A DNA stretch of 64,000 nt from Raillietiella orientalis. Lineage: Eukaryota. The notes below the pieces were generated by a model that worked only from the letters and a program-made list of their open reading frames with translations, was not told the origin of the DNA and searched no databases. This document shows positions 25,287 to 35,585 of this stretch, one piece after another. The stretch's first letter is position 1, and the number at the start of each line of letters is the position of its first letter. The stretch is from NCBI GenBank assembly GCA_036172245.1, contig JAYWIR010000033.1, positions 682,001 to 746,000 on the forward strand, in the 5' to 3' direction. A program made the translations under genes and the position numbers.

Positions 25287-28200
25287 TCAGGGGGGAATTC
25301 CAGCTGGATGGTCCCGGGCGTCGTCCTGGATCCTCTTCAGGATGAATCGGTACGTCCAGGCGTGGATCTTCCCGCAGTTCCTGATGCCGATTTCCCTCTT
25401 CAAGAGCCCTGGTAGGATCTCCATCGGTGGTGCGGCTCTCCTGGCTTTCCTCATTTTCCACCACCGCACAAGTATGGCGGTGATGAAGAGGGCTATGGTC
25501 GTCCTCACCATGGGATTGTAACAGGGAATATTACCATCCCCATGAAACATCCCGGCGAGGATCTCCATAACGGACTTGTTGGTAAGTCCTATGATCCTTT
25601 TCAGGATCAGCCAGTCATGCAGCAGTGTGGGACACGTCAAGACGTGAAGTCTCGTGTCGTCGTCTCCACATGCTGCGCAGTCTCGGTCTTCCCGTCTTCC
25701 TGTGAAGTGCTGCAATCGGGACCCACTCTGGATTCCTCCGTGATAAAACATCAGGAGGTCATCCTGGGTGCCCGGCGGAAGGTCACTTCTCCAGAGCGTC
25801 GCGCCGATCGCTAACAGGTTGAACCGTTCACTCCCGTAGCGTTCGGTGGCTTCCTGGAGGGCACTGGTGTCACGGTCGTTTTCTTGGATAAGCCTTCGGA
25901 GGTTTGTTCTGGTTACCCTCGACCATGCGAAGTCGTTGTGGTTGAACCACACTTCGCGGGTCCTGTGGGTAAACCTTCCTAACATCATCTCTGTATACCG
26001 AAGAATACGTGTTTGATGTAGGTAGCCTCCTCGCCTCCACTCCTGGATTTGCAGTAGGGTAACTCTGGACCGCTGGTAGATCCAGCTTCTCGTGTCCGGC
26101 GGGACAGGAAGCAACCAAGGGATCACCAGGATGGACTCGTCCTGCCAGAGTTCCCTGCTTCGCGGCACGATCTTGATTTGGTGCTTCCGCACCAGCCGTT
26201 GCTTCCTCGTCCAGGTTGGGTCGATTTTTTTCCATACGCCTGCTCGGCCTAGCAGCGCAGTCATCAGGCCTTTCGAGTTGTTAAGCAACAACGCGTAGGC
26301 CCTGTGCGCCGCATACGGCCAGTCATCCCAGTCAGTGGCAATGTCCAGGATGTGTCGCGTATCCATGATTTCCATGGAATGTGCAAGCGACTTCATCCCG
26401 GAACCGCCTTCTTCCCTGGGACGACACAGGGGTTTCAGTCTTACTCTTGGACGATAGTGGCCCCAGAGTGTTTTTCTTTGCAGCTTGTCGAACTCCCCAG
26501 TAGTGTCCTTGTTCATCCTCGCGAAGGCCGCCCCGAAGAGCACTTTCGGAAGGAGTACTCCGTTCCATATGTTGGCCTTTCGCTTCATCCCAAGGTCCGT
26601 TCGGGTGTACTTGGCTGCTTCCTTGGCCGTTTTCTTCAGGATTTCCTTCCACAGCAGCTTCGACGCAGAGCCGTCGCCGATGTAGACTCCCAGGTACTTG
26701 GCCGTGTCCACCGTACGGAATCCACTACCCGTTAGAGTGGAGAGATCCAGGATTCCGACGGGCAAAAGCTGGCTCTTCTGGGAATTGATTTTTAAGCCCA
26801 ATCCCTGTTCCATCTGGTCCACCACATCCAGAAACGCACGCTGATTTTTCTCTCCCTTGATGAAGAAGAGTAGATCATCGGCGTATGCCAGATGGGTAAG
26901 AAGCTGGCTATCGATGGTAATCCCGCTTAGTCGTCCGCTCTTCTCGATAAAGGACGACAACGCCTCCATATAGATGACGAACAGCATCGGACTTAGCGAG
27001 TCGCCCTGTCGGACTCCTGGTTCCATCCTGATTGCTGCCGTCTCCTGGCCGCTGATCTTGATCCGGCAGTACTGGTTCTGAAGTACCGCCCTCACGAAGT
27101 TGCTGAAGTGTTCCGGAAGCCCTAGCTTCTCCAGAACCTTCAGCAGCATCCCATGGTCGATGGAGTCGAAGGCCTTCTCCATGTCAGTGAACACCAGCAC
27201 CAGGTTCTCGCCGACGTATCGACTGAGTCCACCAGTGGCCTGGGCACACTTGACATTGTCCGACATGTGTCGTCCTGGGACTGCACATGTCTGGACCGGA
27301 GAGATCAGCCTCGACATGACCTTGCCTAAGCGGTTGGACCAGATCTTCGCCAACCACTTGGCATCGGAGTTTAGAATCGAGATTGGCCTCCATTGGGCGA
27401 TCTGGGTAGAGTCGCCTCCTTTCGGCAGCAATCTTATCCGACTCTCGTAGAAGGACTGAGGTAGTCTGCCTTCTTCCCGGATGCAGAGGGTCAACTGGTG
27501 GAACAAGCGCAGGTAGACGTGCAGGTACCGCTGATAGTGCGTGATGGGTACACTGTCAGGGCCCACTGCCACGTCCTTGCGAAGTTGCCTAAACGCAGTC
27601 TTCACCTCTTCTTCGGAGAACTCCTCCTCCAGTCTGTTCCGCTGGAGGTCGTCGGTCCTCTTCTCGAGATAGCTCAAGAAGGCCTGTTGACTAGAGCGAC
27701 AAAGCTGTTGTCGCCTGAAGTGTTTCGTGTAATGCCTGTGAAAGGCATCCACGATGTCCTCAGACGACTGTCGCTTTTGGCCGTCGTACTGGATGCAGAA
27801 GATATCTGGTCCCAGATTTCTCTTCTCCAGCATATTGACTTCCCCTTTTATGTTATTGAGGACGTATTGACTCTCGTACTGATCGAAGTACTTTGAGAGG
27901 GAGCGATCTTGGATGTTCAGCTCCCGGTACGCCTCTTGCCTCAAGCGCCTATCCCCGAACTGTATGTTCGCAAACAGGTGTATCCTGTGTTTCAGGCTGT
28001 CCCAGTCGGCGACTCTTCGGATTGTTGTTGCCCTCAGAATCGCCTCCAGGACAGCCTGATGTCCAAGATGGGTTTCCAACCAAGCGGGCATGCTGATGAG
28101 CGCTGCCCTGGTGCCTTGCCTCCGCCGAGGATTCTCCGTTCTTAGGGAAAACCGCACCAGGGGGTGATCGGACACCGTAGTCATAGTGTCGCGAAACCCC

Positions 28201-28805
28201 TGGATGCGGTTCCCAAGTTCGGTGCTGTGCAGGACTAGATCGATTGGCTTGTGGCTTGCTGTTCGCCAGACCAGTCCGAACTCCTCGGATAGCCGTCGAT
28301 ACGCCGTCCTTCCTCTGGCGTCTTCCGAATGAATGATCACATCCAAGATGTTGAGATCGCCAGCAACTATCACGACGTCCTTAGGGGCGACCTTTTGCCG
28401 GAGTGTTGCATGCAGCGCCTCCGCACAACGATGTTTTAGCCTGTGCGGCCTGTACACGTTCACCAGGATAAGGTGAACAGTCGCGGACCAGGCCAGTCGC
28501 ACGCCGATGATTCGTCCGGGTTGGGGACAGAACACTTCCAGAATAGTGGGGGCTAAGTTGTTCTTTATTAGCACCGCCACACCCTTCGTGTTCCGTTCTC
28601 CTTCGTTGACGAACATCTGCCCGTTGAATCGTCGTTCCATTCGCTGGCTTATCTCCAGACCCATCCTGTGGGTCTCCTGCAGGCACACGATGTCTTGTTG
28701 TGCGATGGTCCGCACAATCCTTCTTCTTTTTCCCTGGTCGACCACACCGTTTACGTTCCAGGAGGCGATGTTCATCCTCCTGGCGGTCGATAGGGAAGAG
28801 GCCAT
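25287..28805 (-). CDS. E9 ORF2, intact APE endonuclease-reverse transcriptase (1172 aa)
   Basis: Uninterrupted: SWNVNG, CLQET, NVY, GDLN, IDL, SDH; WRPISILN, DMEKAFD, GVRQGDSLSP, YADD, KYLG; CAACGDDDTRLHVLTC. Confidence 0.93.
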   Translation of the reverse strand: MASSLSTARRMNIASWNVNGVVDQGKRRRIVRTIAQQDIVCLQETHRMGLEISQRMERRFNGQMFVNEGERNTKGVAVLIKNNLAPTILEVFCPQPGRIIGVRLAWSATVHLILVNVYRPHRLKHRCAEALHATLRQKVAPKDVVIVAGDLNILDVIIHSEDARGRTAYRRLSEEFGLVWRTASHKPIDLVLHSTELGNRIQGFRDTMTTVSDHPLVRFSLRTENPRRRQGTRAALISMPAWLETHLGHQAVLEAILRATTIRRVADWDSLKHRIHLFANIQFGDRRLRQEAYRELNIQDRSLSKYFDQYESQYVLNNIKGEVNMLEKRNLGPDIFCIQYDGQKRQSSEDIVDAFHRHYTKHFRRQQLCRSSQQAFLSYLEKRTDDLQRNRLEEEFSEEEVKTAFRQLRKDVAVGPDSVPITHYQRYLHVYLRLFHQLTLCIREEGRLPQSFYESRIRLLPKGGDSTQIAQWRPISILNSDAKWLAKIWSNRLGKVMSRLISPVQTCAVPGRHMSDNVKCAQATGGLSRYVGENLVLVFTDMEKAFDSIDHGMLLKVLEKLGLPEHFSNFVRAVLQNQYCRIKISGQETAAIRMEPGVRQGDSLSPMLFVIYMEALSSFIEKSGRLSGITIDSQLLTHLAYADDLLFFIKGEKNQRAFLDVVDQMEQGLGLKINSQKSQLLPVGILDLSTLTGSGFRTVDTAKYLGVYIGDGSASKLLWKEILKKTAKEAAKYTRTDLGMKRKANIWNGVLLPKVLFGAAFARMNKDTTGEFDKLQRKTLWGHYRPRVRLKPLCRPREEGGSGMKSLAHSMEIMDTRHILDIATDWDDWPYAAHRAYALLLNNSKGLMTALLGRAGVWKKIDPTWTRKQRLVRKHQIKIVPRSRELWQDESILVIPWLLPVPPDTRSWIYQRSRVTLLQIQEWRRGGYLHQTRILRYTEMMLGRFTHRTREVWFNHNDFAWSRVTRTNLRRLIQENDRDTSALQEATERYGSERFNLLAIGATLWRSDLPPGTQDDLLMFYHGGIQSGSRLQHFTGRREDRDCAACGDDDTRLHVLTCPTLLHDWLILKRIIGLTNKSVMEILAGMFHGDGNIPCYNPMVRTTIALFITAILVRWWKMRKARRAAPPMEILPGLLKREIGIRNCGKIHAWTYRFILKRIQDDARDHPAGIPP

Positions 28806-28818
28806 AAAAGGGGAAGAC

Positions 28819-30633
28819 CTATTTTTGGGCCTTCCTGAGCTTCTTCTGTCTGAGAGAGCGTGCTCTTCCAGACAATGAAGAAGCAGCGGGCTTCTCGCTG
28901 CCGGCGTCACTCTCCGTACCTGTGAGGTCGGTAATTTCCGCCTCCTCCGTAGAGTGTTCCGCCTGCGCGATCAATTTTCGAGATAGCGCCTCTATCTCGA
29001 CCTTGGCGCAGAAGTTCGCCTTCACGTCGAGAAGCTGTTCCTCTAACTTCTCACGTTAAGCGACCTCCACCACCTGGTTGATGTTCTCTTGTGCAGTGCA
29101 GATCTTCTGCAAGATTTTCTCTTGCTGAGGACCGCTCTGCACCTCCATGATCTTCTCCGCCAGTGTTGCCAACTCCTCCGTAGTCTGCAGAGCCTCCTGC
29201 GACACTTTAGTGGCTTCCTGTCTCTCTTCCTTCGCGCCTTCCTGCGCTACCTCCATCTTCTCGCCTTCCTGCTCTGGTGCTTCCAGGATTTGAGGAGATC
29301 CTTGCTCCTTGACGAGCATCCTCCTCTTTCCTTTCTTTCCCACTTCTATGAAGCCGTCCGCCGACACCGGGACGGCTTCTTTCACTTTTTTCTGCCTTCC
29401 TGCCTTCTGAGGCTGCTCGGCCTCCTTGATGTTTCTCTCTCTCACGGGAGAGAGACCTCGAATCCTTCTGCAGTTTTCAAACTTCGGACAGCTCCATTTC
29501 GCATGTCCGTGTTTCTTGCAGTAGGAGCACACCTCCGGCTGCGGGCAGTTTCGGACTTGATGTCCTACTTTGCCGCAGCGGAAACAACGACACGTTGGGC
29601 AAGCCCCGGCCCTGTGGCCGAACTGCTTGCACCCGGTGCAGAATACCGGGTGTTGCCGGTAACGCACATTCACTCCCTGGGATTGTTCGTCAATAACGGC
29701 CAATCCAGGGATCACCGCTCCCTCCCTCAACTTCATCTTGGCGATCATGTCGCCAGAAAATATGTTTCCAGAGAAGTTCTGGAAATCAAGGTCCAGAACT
29801 TCCCCAAACTGCTCCAAGTAATTCCACACCGCTAGTTGCGGTGTGAGGATGGAGATGCCGTTTAAAAAGACGGGTGTGTATGGCATCTCGCCAATACCAC
29901 AAACCATCCGTCCTTGTATATTGATCCCCTTCTGGATCAATCGCTCTCTAATGTTTTCACAGTCTGTAAAGACTGTGAACCCGTTGTTTGATGCAATGAT
30001 CGCCTGAATGCGATCAAAGTCTATGTCCGTCTTGTCGAGGGACAAATAGACCTCCCTGATGTTATTAAATTTTATTAGCCCCGTCTTGAAGATAATGGGC
30101 TTCACGTTGGGGCCTATTTCGACCATTGGTCGGTCCACTTTTAGTACTTTTCCGCTAAGCGGCTTACCGAATTTCCTAGGTGGGTGGACACTCGCCTGTC
30201 CAGCCGCCACCGACGCATAAGAAAAGGGCCGCGACGCCGCAGCCGAACAAGATGGCGTCGCTCCCTGCACCGCGTGGACGCCCGCGGGTCCCGCCTGGGA
30301 CGCCACCGCCGCGGGCGCAAACCTCGACGGTGCCGCCGTTACCGCCGCGGGCGGCACCCTCGGCATCGCCGCCGCAGGCGCGACCTTCCCCGCCGCGGGC
30401 ACGATCCTCGGCGTCGCCGCCGCGGGCACGACCTCCGCCGTCGTCGCCGCGGGCACGACCTCCGCCGTCGTCGCCGCGGGCACGACCCTTGGCATCGCCG
30501 CCGCCGGCGCAGCAAAGCCCGCCGCGGGCGCGATCCTCGGCATGCCTGCCACCGCCTCGCCGTTGCCGCACGTTACCTCCATGGCTTCCATGGGGGACGA
30601 CGGTCTCTCCACTCCTCTTCTAGGTGCCTGCAT
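28819..30633 (-). pseudogene. E9 ORF1 (gag-like, three CCHC knuckles) with one in-frame TAA at 29056-29058
   Basis: ATG 30633; CTGCKQFGHRAGAC, CFRCGKVGHQVRNC, CSYCKKHGHAKWSC. The same frame continues after the TAA to TAG at 28819, 11 nt before the ORF2 ATG. Confidence 0.82.
30320..30550 (-). repeat. GC-rich coding tandem repeat (~27-bp core) giving Ala/Pro-rich units in E9 ORF1
   Basis: Repeated GCCGCGGGCACGACCTCCGCCGTCGTC on the + strand; protein VVPAATTAE VVPAATTAE VVPAAATP. Confidence 0.8.
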
Positions 30634-31479
30634 CCTGGCAGCTGGTCTTGCTGCACGGGACCACTGCAGGTCTTTTGCCGCGATCTCCTCGCCGCTTCTT
30701 TTTTTTTTTTGTTTCTTCTGGAAAACTTCCCCTTTCCGGGCACACACGAGCACAATGAACTGATTAAGTTGTCAAGCGCACAATACTTCGAGCCGCGGAG
30801 CAAGTTCACCGACTCGGCAGGAGAGGAGGGTTCTGCCGACTGTCAAGAAGGTGACTCCGTTGCCGCCTTTTAAAGGCGTAGCGAAAGCAACGCCCCCAGA
30901 GAACGCAGCGAAAATCCCGGAGGTTTCCGCAACTACTGTCGCGGAAGCCTCCGAAAATCGCGAAGGCGAATGGAAGGTTGTGGAGAGGAGGAAAGAAAAA
31001 TCTCCAAAAAAAGCTCCGCAACCTCCATCCCTGAGCTCTTCCAAAGGAAAAAGCAGTCGCGGGAATACGAAAACACGCGCGGCTTGTGCCTCTTCCAAGG
31101 AAAAAGCCAGCGCCTTCAACGCGTGCAAGTCCGTTTCTGTGACCGCCGAGAAGACCATTCCGGTGCAATCGGACGGATGCAAGCGCACGTCGATCGTGCG
31201 AGCATCAGACTCCGCAAAGGAGTCCGATAACGCAGCTGAACGACGCGTTACTCGCGCGGGAGCGAGCGCCCGCCGGGCTGAAGCCCTGAGGCGTGACACA
31301 CTCGCCGCGGAACGGCGAGTGCTAACCCCGGAACCCACAGGTTCTGCACCCGGGGAGGAGCACCCGATTACGTGCAGCACAGTTGAGGCCGGTGGCGACC
31401 GCGCCCTCCAGCCCGTCGTGCTGCTTACTGCCCGCGCGCCGGGTGAGGCGAGCACCACGGCCTCGCTTTCCCAGCCGTG

Positions 31480-34400
31480 ATGAGGGCAATCGCGTCTTCT
31501 CGTCGTGTTGCCGTAACGTCTTGGAACGTCAACGGGCTCCAACACGAGGAGAAGAGGCGACTAGTGGCTGACGCTCTGCGCGCCTTCGACTTGACGCTCC
31601 TGCAGGAGATTCAGAGCATCTCCGGAGAGCAGGCTGCCGAAATCGAACGGCGCGCGGGCGGAACGCTACTTTATAGGTGCGGCGTTGCACGTACGTGCGG
31701 CGTCGCTTTCCTCGTGCGAGGAACTTTGGCGGGAGCGGTGCGCAGCGTTCGTTTCGACACGGAAGGCCGAGTGGGACAGCTTGTACTCAAGTGGTCCGAC
31801 TCGATCGACCTTGTCGTAACCAACGTGTACGCGCCGAGCGGTGCTGGACGATGGGCCGAAAGGATTGAGTTCTTCGGTACCCTTCAAAGCCAATGGCTCA
31901 CTCGATCTCACCCTACTGTGGCCCATCTCATTGCGGGGGACTTTAACGTCCACCTGCTTTCCGAGAATAGATCCCACAAAAGGGAAAAGTTGCTAGCGGA
32001 AGAGATGTGCGCGTCCGTGCACGCGTGCAACTTGTTTGCTAGCGACCCTGTTATGGCAGCAACGCCGGACCACGTATACCTTGATGAACACTTGCTCTGT
32101 CGAGTGGGTCGGAGAGGTCCCGTGCCGTCCGTGCTTTCCGACCACAACAGGCTCGAGTTCGAGTTGCTCCCGCCAGGCAAGGGGCCTCCAAACTGTTTTT
32201 GGAGGATGCCGGCAGACTGGCTAAGCCACCCGGAGGCGGCTGAGCATCTTCGCCAGTACCTCCTCGGCTTTGCCATAAGTGAGCTCGAGGACTGGGACGA
32301 TCTGAAAAGATCGGTCCGCGAGTTCTGCTGCCGGTTTCACTTGCACCAGCTTCCGCGCGGCTTCGGAGAGGGCGTAGCCAACAGCAGAGATTTCCTGCAG
32401 GCCCGCTCCTTTTCCAGGCGCGCGGACGTTGGTCGATTATCCGAGTACAAGGCCAAGGCCGAGCGCCAGGTCTGGCAGTCAGGGGCGACAGTTCTGCTCG
32501 ACGACCAGGACCGGGAATGCTCGGCCTTAGCCGACGTGCGACGGATAGTCAGGCGCTATTACTCTTCTCTGTATGCAGAGGCACCGACGGAACGCAGCCT
32601 CTCCCGGCTGCTTCTGCCGATTGATGCACCTGTTGTAGACGAGGAGGAACGCGCGCGTCTTGATGAGCCCTTCACGGCAGAGGAAATTTCCTCGGCCATC
32701 TCGGGGCTCAAGAGACGAAAAGCGGCAGGCGAAGATGGGCTCCCCGCGGAATTCTTTCAGTGTTTTGCGGCGGAGCTCATCCCCCTGGTGCTCCAACTCT
32801 CGTCGCTGATGCGAGACTCGGGCGATGTCCCCGCCTCGTTTCGCTCAGCGAAGGTGCGTCTACTGCCGAAAGGCGGAGACTTGCGACAACTGAACAACTG
32901 GCGTCCGATCACATTAGTGAATTCGGACGTCAAGTTGTTCTCGAAACTTTGGGTGGCGCGGATTGGTAGGATCGCGGAATCCTTGGTAAGTCCGGAGCAG
33001 ACGTACGCTTTTCCTGGGCGGTCCATGGACGCGAATCTCTTGTTCATCCGCACATGGCTGCAATTGCAGCATCGTGTGGCGGTGGATCGTCGTGCGGAAG
33101 CGACGCCTTCGATCTCTCACCGACGGAGGCGCAAGACGCAAAGGGAGACACCGGGAGCCTTGGCGGTTGCAGTCGATCTGCACAAAGCTTTCGATTGCGT
33201 GAACCAAAAGCTTCTTCTTGAGCTTTTGGAACGTCTGGGTCTTTCGGCATCCCTGTTGGCATACTTGCGCTCCTGCTGGCGCCACGCGATTACATCCATT
33301 GTTTTCAGTGGCTGTCGCGTGTACGGCGTGCCGGTACGACGAGGAATTAGGCAGGGTGACAGCTTAAGCCCGCTGCTCTTCAGCATCTATTTTGAATTGG
33401 TGCTGGAGGCTTACAGGCTGACGCTAGCCAACCTGCCGAGCTCCTGTCCAGGTACGCCGGCCGTGGCAGCCTGTGCCGACGACCTGCTTCTCCTGTTGCC
33501 CATGTCCACCCCGGCGACATCGCTTGAAGACTTCTTTGAGTTGATTCGTCGCGGTGCGGGCGTGAGCGTTAACAGGAGTAAGTGTATGGTTGTTCCGGTG
33601 GGTGCGATGTGGGAGCGGCAGTCCGACTGGATTGGCCTGGGGATCCCCACGGGCAGGTACCTCAGGTCCCTTGGCGTGCCGTTGGGCGACCTCTGCATCT
33701 CAGAAGCGTGGTCGGACTGCCTTCGGAAGGCAGAGCGTGCACTTGGCCCGTTTTCAGGAGGCGAGTTCGTCTTGCCGGAACGGGCCTGCATCTGGAACAC
33801 CTTCGTTGCCCCCCTCCTCCGCCCCCTGTTTTTTGTTTGTGCCCATCCCTTCAGGAAGTCAAAGTCTGGGCGCAGCGCCTTCTACGCAAAGCGTTGTGGG
33901 GCGCTGCAAGATCCCGGGTTAGACTTAAAGAGTTGGTGGCGCCGCGTCAGGATGCAGGCTTGGGCATCCTCGACTTAAACAGCATCGAACTGCAGGTGCA
34001 GTTTCGCATGCTGCGGCTCTGTGCCAAGCTGTGGTGTACGCCGTGGTGCTTACCCGCACGCCTTATACTGAGGCGCTGCACGGGAAGCGAGGGACTGCTT
34101 TCCTTGCTACCCCACATTCGGCACACCAGAATAGGGTTTGGCTTCCCGCTGAGGCAGCTGTCCTCACTGCTGGAAGCCCAAAGCTGGATCTCCTGCCGCC
34201 CCATGAACATTAATGCATGGCGGCAGGAATCTTTTTCATCGTGGGCAGCTTTCGAAGGAACGCGCCCGGAAGATCTTCGACGCCTGCGACTTCTCCTCAG
34301 TCATCAAATGGACGAAGTCATGCAGGACAAGAAGTTGTCGGATCGTCTGGCCGCCACACCACTCGCCGTAGCGCTGTCTGCCCTCAGTGCAAGCAACGAC

Positions 34401-35054
34401 GGTTGCCTACCGGCGGAATGGGAGTTCTCCTGCAAAATAGCGGGAGTCAGTAAGCTCCTCGGCAGCTGGACGACAAAGGAGCTGGTGCAAGCCGCCTCAC
34501 CTCGGAATCGGGCGAAGGGACTGCTTCGGTGGAGCGAACATTTAAGTGTGCCCCCCGGAGAGATAGTGGTTCCTTCCGTTTGTTTGGACAGCTCCGTGTT
34601 CCCCATTAAGTGGAAACAAGATGTGCTGCTCTTTTTACATTGTGCATTTCACTGTAATAGGCAGCGAAGCATCGTTTCCGGGGGAGCTGCTTTGCCAAAC
34701 TGTTTAAGGTGCGGAGAGATCGAGTCTTTTCCGCACCTTGTGTTGGACTGCGGTGACCTCCGGGAACTGTGGCGAAGGCTCACTTCGGCCATCATGCCAC
34801 AAGGAGGCACTGCCATTGATGTGCTGCGGCGCTTCTTCAGCAGAAATGGACTTTCGGTTGGCGCGATTGTCGCAAACATGTGTTGCGTTCGCGCCATCGT
34901 GAAGGCCCGCTACGCCCTGGAGTTGTCATCGCAGCGAAGGCAGGCTCACCTGCTTGCAGCTCAATTCATGGAGAAGGCTTCAAGGTGGTCTCATCTTCGT
35001 GACAAGGTGAATGAGGACATCACCGGCATACATCGCCGGTTTACACACCTTTGA
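31480..35054 (+). pseudogene. E8 ORF2 (APE-RT-Zn finger), frameshift near 33845; YADD reads CADD
   Basis: SWNVNG, LQE, GDFN, SDH, DLHKAFD, GIRQGD, ACADD. C-terminus lies in the 33582..35054 frame with CLRCGEIESFPHLVLDC. ATG overlaps the ORF1 TGA (TGATG). Confidence 0.9.
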
Positions 35055-35585
35055 GAACGGCGTAATCCGGTGACCCCTGCGACCTCTCGCCCACCCATAC
35101 CCCGTCCCCGTTTGCTCGGTAAAATTTCCGGTGCCCATGCTCTTATCCCCGTGTCTTCCAGAGCGATCCCAAAGACCCTTATCCCGTCCTCCTTATTCAT
35201 TGTTTTTATTTTATTTTGGTTTCTTTGTGTTTCCCGCCCCCCCACACCGTTCACAAAACTGTTACTCTGGCCTGCGAGCCAGCAATATTCTCTTCATTCT
35301 TGTTCAGTCGTCGGTTGGGAGTTTGGTTCCCAACTGGTTTATTTTGTATAATTGCTTTTTTTCGTTATGTTATATGGAATAAACGCCCCGGCGTGACCGG
35401 GTGAGAAATCTCTTGCGCTTGTTCTGCAGAGATCACGTGGATCTCCTGCAGCAGCGCAAGGTCGTAGGACTCCAGAAGGGCGGCCATGTCTCTTCTCCTG
35501 CCGGCGTCTGTCATGCCGTTCACGTTCCAAACGGCGATGCGCAGACGACGGCGGGAGGAGATTCCCGGCATTACTGCTGGGAAGA

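Larger units (their letters stand above)
25153..30808 (-). mobile_element. E9: full-length (~5.66 kb), divergent L1/Tx1-like element, the best preserved in the nest, inserted antisense into E8 ORF1
   Basis: Perfect 13-bp TSD CCGACTCGGCAGG (25140-25152 and 30809-30821). Intact ORF2. 3' end AATAAACTTACCCCACCCCTTGTGGGACTTGGGGAAA. Confidence 0.95.
23907..31480 (+). pseudogene. E8 ORF1 (634 aa if E9 plus one TSD is removed: join 23907-25152 + 30822-31480)
   Basis: CEQCGKEGHRIKEC and CRYCKDSGHEIKKC. The two halves join in frame (SPTRQ-ERRVLPTVKK). Confidence 0.85.
23793..35407 (+). mobile_element. E8: full-length element (related to E5) inserted antisense into the APE of E7; its ORF1 is interrupted by E9
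   Basis: 15-bp TSD with 2 mismatches: ATATCTTGCGCTCGT (23778-23792) / ATCTCTTGCGCTTGT (35408-35422). 5' ACAGTGCAGACGTGTTT; 3' AATAAACGCCCCGGCGTGACCGGGTGAGAA (35378-35407). Confidence 0.92.
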
